Shown: piece after piece, positions 57,859 to 64,000 of the stretch
Position numbering within the stretch: position 1 is the stretch's first letter
Layout: every line of letters starts with the position of its first letter
Source of the DNA: Bacillota bacterium
GTDB taxonomy: Bacteria; Bacillota; Sulfobacillia; UBA995; UBA9673
Length of the DNA stretch: 64,000 nucleotides
NCBI GenBank assembly: GCA_003599345.1
Contig: QZJP01000012.1
Location: 16,507-80,506 of the forward strand
Direction of reading: 5' to 3'
Translations under genes and position numbers: made by a program
The notes under the pieces: generated by a model
Databases searched by the model: none
The model's input: the letters and a program-made list of their open reading frames with translations, nothing else
What the model was told of the DNA's origin: nothing

Positions 57859-59697
57859 CTAGCCCGCGGGCAGGCCGGGGGCGGCCTGCTTGAACTGCAT
57901 CTCGTAGAGGCGCCTGTAGAGCCCACCCAAGGCAATCAGGTCCTTGTGGCGGCCCCGTTCGACTATCCTCCCGGCGTCCAGAACAAGTATCAGGTCGGCG
58001 TCTCTGACCGTCGAGAGGCGATGGGCGATGATGAAGCACGTTCTCCCCTCGAGCAGCCGGTCCATCGCCCGCTGGATGATCACTTCCGTGTAGGCGTCCA
58101 CGCTTGACGTAGCCTCGTCCAGAACCAGGATGCGCGGGTCGGCGAGCAGGGCCCGCGCGAACGAGACCAGCTGCCGCTGGCCGACCGAGAGCTTCCCGCC
58201 CCTCTCCTCGACCTCTGTCTGGTAGCCGTCAGGGAGCTTCCGGATGAACTCGTGCGCCCCGATTGTTCGGGCTGCCTCCACGCACTCGTCGGTGGTTGCC
58301 TCGGGGCGGCCGTACTTGATGTTCTCCTCCACCGTGCCGGAGAAAAGGAAGGTGTCCTGCAGCACGAACGCCATCTGGCGCCTAAGGGAGCGCTGCGTGA
58401 CGTCTCGCACGTCGTGCCCGTCGATGAGGACGGCTCCTTCCTGGGGGTCGTAGAACCGGCCGAGGAGGTTCACGATCGAAGTCTTGCCGGCCCCGGTCGG
58501 ACCGACAAGGGCGAGACGCTGCCCGGGTTCGACCCGGAAGTCCACGCCGTGCAGGACTCGCTCCCCCGGCACGTATTCGAAGGACACGTTCCTGTAGACC
58601 ACCTCACCCCGCACCGGCGGAAGCTCGCTGGCTCCGAGCCGGTCGACGATGGCGGGCCTGGTGTCCAAGATTCCGAATATCTTCTCGGCCGCCGCCGTGG
58701 CGACCTGAGCCTGGTTGTAGACCGCCACGAGGTCGCGGATGGGCTGGTAGAACCGGGTCACATAGGTCAGGAAGGCGATAAGCTCGCCGGCCGTGAGAGC
58801 TCCCGCCCCCGCGGCCGCCGCGAGCGACCCTGCCGCCTGGTCGAGGCCGTGGATAACGGCCTGCCCGCCGAACCATATCACGATGGCCGTGCCCAGGGCC
58901 CCGATGAGGTCAACGGTCGGGACGAACAAGGCGAAAAGGTAGGCCGCCCGCATGTTGGCCCGGTAGTTCTCGCGATTGTCGCAGTCGAACCGCTCCATGT
59001 TCGCGTCCTGGCGGACGAACGACTGAGTCACCCGCACCCCCGAGATCGTCTCCTGAAGGTTCGCGGCCATCTTGGCCACCCTCTGCCGGACGTCACGGTA
59101 GGCAATCATCACCCGGCCTCTGAACACGGTCGCCACCACGACCACGAGCGGCAGGATCGTGATGGACCAGAGAGCGAGCCTGACATTGAGCACGAACATG
59201 ATGGTGACGATTCCGGCCAGGGTGAGGAGATCGCTGAAGACGAAGACGATGCCGCTCGATACGAGTTCGCTCAAGGCTTCAACGTCACTCGTGGCCCTGG
59301 ATATCAAGACCCCTGTCGGGCGTCTCTGGAAATAGCCGAAATCCAGCCTCTGGTAGTGGGCAAACAGGTCGCGCCTGACGGCGAATATCGACCTCTGGCC
59401 GACCCACGCCATGGTGAACGTCTGCCAGTAGGAGCCGAGCCAGTGGACGAGGTACACGCCCGCGTACGCGAGGGCCAGCAGCGCGAGTCCACGAAGGTCC
59501 CCCGCCGCGATGTACTTGTCGACGGCGAGGCCGAGCAGGTATGGAGGGACGAGCCCGGTCGCCGAGACGACGAATGTCATGACGACGGCCAGCACGACGT
59601 AGCGCCGGTAGGGCCAGACGTAAGCCAGGAGCCGCCTGAGGACCTTCGGGTCTATCGGGCGGAGGTCGTCTTCGTCCGGTGCTCCGTGAATGTGCAC
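57859..59697 (-). CDS. ABC exporter half-transporter (TMD-NBD), consensus NBD but degenerate signature motif
   Basis: Six-TM exporter domain. Walker A GPTGAGKT. Walker B ILVLDEATSSVD with canonical Glu. H-loop AHRLST. Signature motif is LSVGQRQLVSFARAL instead of LSGGQ. Confidence 0.85.
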   Translation of the reverse strand: MHIHGAPDEDDLRPIDPKVLRRLLAYVWPYRRYVVLAVVMTFVVSATGLVPPYLLGLAVDKYIAAGDLRGLALLALAYAGVYLVHWLGSYWQTFTMAWVGQRSIFAVRRDLFAHYQRLDFGYFQRRPTGVLISRATSDVEALSELVSSGIVFVFSDLLTLAGIVTIMFVLNVRLALWSITILPLVVVVATVFRGRVMIAYRDVRQRVAKMAANLQETISGVRVTQSFVRQDANMERFDCDNRENYRANMRAAYLFALFVPTVDLIGALGTAIVIWFGGQAVIHGLDQAAGSLAAAAGAGALTAGELIAFLTYVTRFYQPIRDLVAVYNQAQVATAAAEKIFGILDTRPAIVDRLGASELPPVRGEVVYRNVSFEYVPGERVLHGVDFRVEPGQRLALVGPTGAGKTSIVNLLGRFYDPQEGAVLIDGHDVRDVTQRSLRRQMAFVLQDTFLFSGTVEENIKYGRPEATTDECVEAARTIGAHEFIRKLPDGYQTEVEERGGKLSVGQRQLVSFARALLADPRILVLDEATSSVDAYTEVIIQRAMDRLLEGRTCFIIAHRLSTVRDADLILVLDAGRIVERGRHKDLIALGGLYRRLYEMQFKQAAPGLPAG

Positions 59698-61571
59698 CCG
59701 CCGTCACCTCCTCGCCCCTCGTCCTCCTGGGGCCGGAACTGGAGTTCGTATATCTCCCGGTAGATGCGGCTCGTCCGCATCAGGCTGCCGTGGTCTCCCT
59801 CGTCGACAATGCGGCCCTCATCGAGAACCAGGATCCTGTCCGCGTTTTTCAGGGTGGTCAGGCGCTGGGCAATGACGAAGGTCGTTCGGCCACGCATGAG
59901 CCTGGCCAGGGCGGCCTGGATGGCGTTTTCGGTCTCGGTATCGACACTGGACGTCGAATCATCCAGGATGAGGATGCGCGGGTTCATCAGGAGAGCCCGG
60001 GCGATGGCCACCCGCTGTTTCTGGCCGCCCGACAACCCGACACCCCTCTCTCCTATCACGGTCTCGTAGCCGTCAGGCAATCCGGCGATGAAGTCGTGCA
60101 CCTCGGCTGCTCTCGCGGCCTCTTGTATCTCGCTCAAGGTGGCGCCGGGACGGCCGTAGGCGATGTTCTCGCGGATGCTCGTTGAGAACAAGAAGGTGTC
60201 CTGCGACACGACGCCTATTTGGCGGCGAAGGCTCTCCAGGGTGACGTTTCGGATGTCTATGCCGTCGACGAGCACCCGGCCGGAGGTGGGGTCGTAGAAA
60301 CGCGGGACGAGATGCACCAGCGTGGTCTTCCCGGACCCCGTCGCACCCAGGAGCGCGACAGTCTCCCCGGCCCTAATCCTGAGATTGATGTCGTGGACGA
60401 CCATCGACTCGGGTCCGGGCCCGCCGTGTACGGCCTCTGAGACCCCGACCCGGCCGGTTGACGTGGCCCTGCCCCCGGTTCGGGCAGCCTGGGACCCGGC
60501 GTCCCTCAGGTCGCAGAGCCACGCGACCGGAGTCCCGCGATAGGTGAAGGAGACGTTCTCGAACTCCACATGTCCTTCCATCTCGCCCATCGGGCGGGCG
60601 CCGGGCAGGTCGCGGACCTCGGGCTCGGTGTCCAGGATCTCGAAGATGCGCCCACCGGCGGCCTGGGCTCGCTGGGCCATGTTCAGAATCCAGCCCAGCA
60701 TTCGGAACGGTGATATGATCATCAGCAGGAAGGTGTTGAAAGCCACGAGAGACCCAAGCGACATGAGGCCCAGGGCGACTTGTCGACCGCCGTACCAGAT
60801 GACCAGGGCGGTCCCGCCGGCCGTTATGAAGTTGATGAGGGGGAAGTAGAAGGCCCACATCTTGACGGCCGCGAGGTTCTTGTCGAGGTAGGCCAGGTTC
60901 TCCGTTTCCATCCTGGCCTCTTCGTCGGCTTCCCTGGCAAAGGCGCGGACCACCCTGACGCCCGTGAGATTCTCCTGCAGCCGCGAGGTGATGACCGCGA
61001 GTTGCTGCTGGATGCTCACGTATATGGGCCGGATTCGTCGCATGAACACGGAGACCACGTAGAGGGTAGGCGGTATGGTGACCAGGGACAAGGCCGCCAA
61101 CCGCCAGTTGAGGCTGAGCAGGACGACGAGCACGCCCAAGAGGGTCAGAACGTTGGACATCAGGTTCAGGAGCCCGAAGCCGAGGAACCGCCTCATAGTC
61201 TCGACGTCGCCGGTGACCCGGGACATGAGTTGCCCGGTCTGGGCGTGGTCATAGAAGGAGAAGGACAGGTTCTGAAGGTGGCGGTAGACGGCGTTACGCA
61301 GGTCGTAGATGACCTTTTGGGCCAGGAACTCCATGAAGTAGCGCTGCGCGAAGGTGAACAACCCTCCGAGCAACGATACGGCCACCACGCCCCCAGCCGC
61401 CAACCCAAGCAGGCGGACGTCCGCACGCCCGATGGCCGTGTCGATGACCAACCTCACTATGTAGGGGACGGCGAACTGGCCGGCCAACCCGACGACCGTA
61501 GACGTAAGCCCGGCGATGAGGGCGGCCCAGTACGGCCTGGTGTAGCCCAGCAGGCGCAGGATGACCTTCAA
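59652..61571 (-). CDS. ABC exporter half-transporter (TMD-NBD) with degenerate Walker B and H-loop and about 40-aa insertion in the NBD
   Basis: TTG start. Walker A GATGSGKT. Walker B ILILDDSTSSVD (Asp replaces the catalytic Glu). H-loop replaced by Gln (VIAQRLTT). Canonical LSGGQKQR signature. Insertion WLCDLRDAGSQAARTGGRATSTGRVGVSEAVHGGPGPES between the first NBD beta-strand and Walker A. 46-nt overlap with the downstream partner. Confidence 0.85.
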   Translation of the reverse strand: MKVILRLLGYTRPYWAALIAGLTSTVVGLAGQFAVPYIVRLVIDTAIGRADVRLLGLAAGGVVAVSLLGGLFTFAQRYFMEFLAQKVIYDLRNAVYRHLQNLSFSFYDHAQTGQLMSRVTGDVETMRRFLGFGLLNLMSNVLTLLGVLVVLLSLNWRLAALSLVTIPPTLYVVSVFMRRIRPIYVSIQQQLAVITSRLQENLTGVRVVRAFAREADEEARMETENLAYLDKNLAAVKMWAFYFPLINFITAGGTALVIWYGGRQVALGLMSLGSLVAFNTFLLMIISPFRMLGWILNMAQRAQAAGGRIFEILDTEPEVRDLPGARPMGEMEGHVEFENVSFTYRGTPVAWLCDLRDAGSQAARTGGRATSTGRVGVSEAVHGGPGPESMVVHDINLRIRAGETVALLGATGSGKTTLVHLVPRFYDPTSGRVLVDGIDIRNVTLESLRRQIGVVSQDTFLFSTSIRENIAYGRPGATLSEIQEAARAAEVHDFIAGLPDGYETVIGERGVGLSGGQKQRVAIARALLMNPRILILDDSTSSVDTETENAIQAALARLMRGRTTFVIAQRLTTLKNADRILVLDEGRIVDEGDHGSLMRTSRIYREIYELQFRPQEDEGRGGDGGCTFTEHRTKTTSAR

Positions 61572-61642
61572 CTGCCGCCGTCCTTTCCCCCGGCTCCGCC
61601 CTGTCAGCCCGGCGGGCTGGCCGCGTCACCGGGGCAGCGGGC

Positions 61643-63016
61643 CTAGAAGACCTCCAGGTTCGCGAGAGGAACGAAGAGCCTCTCGCCGGTCTCCAGGACC
61701 ACTTCGGCGGACGGCAGACAAGCTTCGGTTTCAAACCGGACAGGGTCGGCGGGCAGTCCGACGATTTCGCCCCAGAGGCCGAACTTCGGGTTACGAACTA
61801 TCCGCACCTTCGACCCGACGGCAGGTTCTCCTCTTTCGTGCTCGCGCTCGGCTAGGCATTCCTCCACCAATCTGGCGGCAGTCTGCCCTTCGTCAGGCCG
61901 CGGGATAATGACTTCCGGCCTCCGCACTCCCGCGCGGACTTGCGTCGAGCCGTTCACGGAGACGAGCCGGCCCTCGGCGCTCCTCAAGAGCTCGTAGGTA
62001 TCGGCCGACATGGGCATGACTCCGAAACCTTCGGTCACGACCAGAGTCAGTGGCAAGTCCTCCTGCCCGGTGATTCCGACGCCTATCTCGCGCCCGAGGA
62101 GAGAAGCGAGGTCGCCGTGATTCGCCCCGCCGGTCACGAGCCCCTTGACCCCGATGTCGACGGCTTTGCGGAGGGCATCAAGGGTCACGCCGGCGCCTCC
62201 GATAAGAATGCAGCCGGCGTCGTCCGCCGTGACGTCCTCGGCCGTGACGACCGCGTCAGGGCTCCCTGTCACCGCCCGCAGCGTGCCGTGGTTCTCGAAC
62301 CCCAGGCCGAAGACTCCCTGGACGAATGAGGCCGTCGCCTCGACCACGGCTCCCCGCTCGGGAATCACCGAACTCACCCGTCCCTGAAGGTAAGCGTCAA
62401 TCTCGGTCGGTTTGGCCGGCCGTAGGATGGTCACCGTCCCGGTACGGCTGCAGATCTTCTCGATGGTTCCCGACGCCGGAGCGTAGCAGTAGTCGATTCC
62501 CACACCCCCGGGAGAGTCAGCGATGATCGCCCCCTGGCGGACCTCGTCTCCCTCGCGGCAGCGTATGTAGGCCCTGATCATCATCGGGCTGACATCGAGC
62601 TTCTTGGCCACGTTCACGATGACAACGGGAGCGGCCTTCTGCGCGTCCTCACGGATGAGTACCCGAGCGTAGGCGTGGGAGATGAACTCGATGAAGCCGT
62701 CCACGGGAGAGTAGGCCTCGTAGATGTCGCCGAAGACCCCCACTCTGTTACGGGCGATAGGCTCCCGGGCCTGGACGCGGTCGCCCACCCGCTTCAGCAT
62801 CAGCTTGGCTACCTCTTCGGGTCCGATCTTCGGTTGGCCGAGTTCAGCCCTGAGGTCTACGACATACGGGTCCCCCGGCACCGTCTCCGCCCGGGCGATG
62901 AGGTCCTGCGGGTTCACGTGGTCGCCCGCGCTGACCATGACGTCGCCGGGAAGCGGGATCGCCCGCTCGCGCACGACGCGGACACGCTCGAAGAGCTGCC
63001 TCTCAGGCCGAGCCAT
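61643..63016 (-). CDS. Uncharacterised protein (about 457 aa) with N-terminal barrel-sandwich / duplicated-hybrid-like motif and C-terminal beta-rich domain
   Basis: Start chosen at the ATG sharing one base with the upstream gene's TGA (TGATG), with GGAAGGAGGTG 7 nt upstream. The ORF track begins 30 codons earlier at a GTG. The motif SPVDGFIEFISHAYARVLIRED resembles the EIIA-Glc / M23 hybrid fold. No confident family assignment. Confidence 0.5.
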   Translation of the reverse strand: MARPERQLFERVRVVRERAIPLPGDVMVSAGDHVNPQDLIARAETVPGDPYVVDLRAELGQPKIGPEEVAKLMLKRVGDRVQAREPIARNRVGVFGDIYEAYSPVDGFIEFISHAYARVLIREDAQKAAPVVIVNVAKKLDVSPMMIRAYIRCREGDEVRQGAIIADSPGGVGIDYCYAPASGTIEKICSRTGTVTILRPAKPTEIDAYLQGRVSSVIPERGAVVEATASFVQGVFGLGFENHGTLRAVTGSPDAVVTAEDVTADDAGCILIGGAGVTLDALRKAVDIGVKGLVTGGANHGDLASLLGREIGVGITGQEDLPLTLVVTEGFGVMPMSADTYELLRSAEGRLVSVNGSTQVRAGVRRPEVIIPRPDEGQTAARLVEECLAEREHERGEPAVGSKVRIVRNPKFGLWGEIVGLPADPVRFETEACLPSAEVVLETGERLFVPLANLEVF

Positions 63017-63966
63017 CACTGAGCACCTCCTTCCACCGGGGCCAGGTCCGCGGCCGGAGTGAGTCCCTGTCGCCTGTCCGGGTAGGCCTGCATAGCCTCT
63101 AGCCACTCCAGGACCGCCGCTCTCCGGGCATCCGCCCGGCCGGGGAACACGATGGGCCGGCCCCGCCCGTCGAGGACTAGACCGACCTCGCCGCCCACGG
63201 CCTCCGTCTCTACGCGCCGGCCGGGGCCGGCACCCACGTCGACTCCCCGTGTGGGAGTGATGGTCATGCCCATTCGTTCACCCCGCCTGAGCGGCAGGAC
63301 CTTGATCTCCCCTCCGACCACCGTGTCCCGCGCGCGGGACCCGTCGGACCTGGTGAAGTCAAGGGTCGCTACGGTCTGGCCCCGCCTGGGCCGGCACCTG
63401 GGGGCGACACATGTCCCAAGAGGCACCAGGCAGTCGGTCTCAAACACCTGAAGGGCGACCTCGGGCGCTATCTCAGCCAGGACGCCGAGGTGCGGCATCA
63501 TGAAGACGCTGTCGACGAACAGGCCGGTGACCCCCTCCGGCTGGATCGAGTCCATGAGAAGGAGCATGGCCTGCGACCGCCTGGGAGCGTGCGAGAGGAC
63601 TCCCCCGCTGCCGACTACGGCATTGACCGCCAGGGTGTCGATTACGGTCGCGCCGGTCCGGCTCCTCTGCGCGAACATGTCCTTGAGCTTGTCGTAGGTG
63701 CCTATGTTCTGGACGCCCTTGAGGCCGACGGCCAGTTCCTTGTGGTGTTCGAACGACAGCCGGATGGCCTCGCGGGCCACCGCGTGCTCCACGATGAGTT
63801 CGTCCAGGGTGGCCGGCAGGGTCGTCGGGCGGATCATCTTGTTGGCGTAGTGGTTCCGGAGCTCGCCCTCGTCCACCGGGAACGGAAGCCACCGCATCAC
63901 GTTCTCCAGGCGGGCCTCCACGATGACGTTGGCCGTGCTGTAGCTCATGCCGAGGTTGGCGCTCAC
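63016..63966 (-). CDS. 3' portion of an uncharacterised gene that probably starts beyond the window end, possibly an ASKHA-like ATPase fold (low confidence)
   Basis: The frame stays open in the same orientation up to the 64000 window edge (the ORF track merely picks the first in-frame start at 63964-63966). Gly-rich VIDTLAVNAVVGSGGVLSHAP segment. Translationally coupled to the downstream 457-aa gene. Function unknown. Confidence 0.4.
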   Translation of the reverse strand: MSANLGMSYSTANVIVEARLENVMRWLPFPVDEGELRNHYANKMIRPTTLPATLDELIVEHAVAREAIRLSFEHHKELAVGLKGVQNIGTYDKLKDMFAQRSRTGATVIDTLAVNAVVGSGGVLSHAPRRSQAMLLLMDSIQPEGVTGLFVDSVFMMPHLGVLAEIAPEVALQVFETDCLVPLGTCVAPRCRPRRGQTVATLDFTRSDGSRARDTVVGGEIKVLPLRRGERMGMTITPTRGVDVGAGPGRRVETEAVGGEVGLVLDGRGRPIVFPGRADARRAAVLEWLEAMQAYPDRRQGLTPAADLAPVEGGAQ

Positions 63967-64000
63967 GGTCCGGTGAAAGTGCTGCCCGAACCGGGAGAAG

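Overview
This is a high-GC (roughly 65-70%) chromosomal backbone segment, and almost every gene is on the minus strand. Gene order closely matches the Bacillus subtilis ylxY-mlpA-spoVFA/B-asd-dapG-dapA-rnj-tepA-ylzJ-spoIIIE region, the nusA-infB-rbfA-truB-ribF-rpsO-pnp region, the rpsB-tsf-pyrH-frr-uppS-cdsA-dxr-rseP-proS region and the codY-hslUV-xerC-topA-dprA region. CodY, RodZ and the dipicolinate synthase genes DpaA/DpaB mark it as a Gram-positive endospore-former lineage with unusually high GC. From composition and synteny I infer a Symbiobacterium- or Thermaerobacter-like organism; this is not verified. Most genes are housekeeping: translation, DAP/lysine/dipicolinate synthesis, isoprenoid and lipid synthesis, proteases, topoisomerase and recombinase. 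No rRNA, tRNA or CRISPR array was found, and no transposase or phage gene is supported.

Observations outside the standard gene set:
- A family of GC-rich palindromic (REP-like) intergenic elements, with three copies at operon boundaries.
- A 13-bp tandem repeat of about 6 units in a convergent intergenic gap.
- A promoter plus terminator-like hairpin in the rimP-nusA-infB leader, a possible attenuator.
- A consolidated dapB-dpaA-dpaB-asd-dapG-dapA cluster.
- An asymmetric heterodimeric ABC exporter with one degenerate ATP site and a roughly 40-aa insertion in one NBD.
- A translationally coupled gene pair of unknown function at the window's 3' end, whose upstream gene runs off the window.
- Losses (trmFO, ylxQ, polC) and insertions (ispG, an AI-2E permease, a GT2-mgtC pair) relative to the Bacillus gene order.

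Many six-frame ORFs over-extend upstream. Starts were re-derived where a conserved N-terminus plus a Shine-Dalgarno sequence (SD) supported it.
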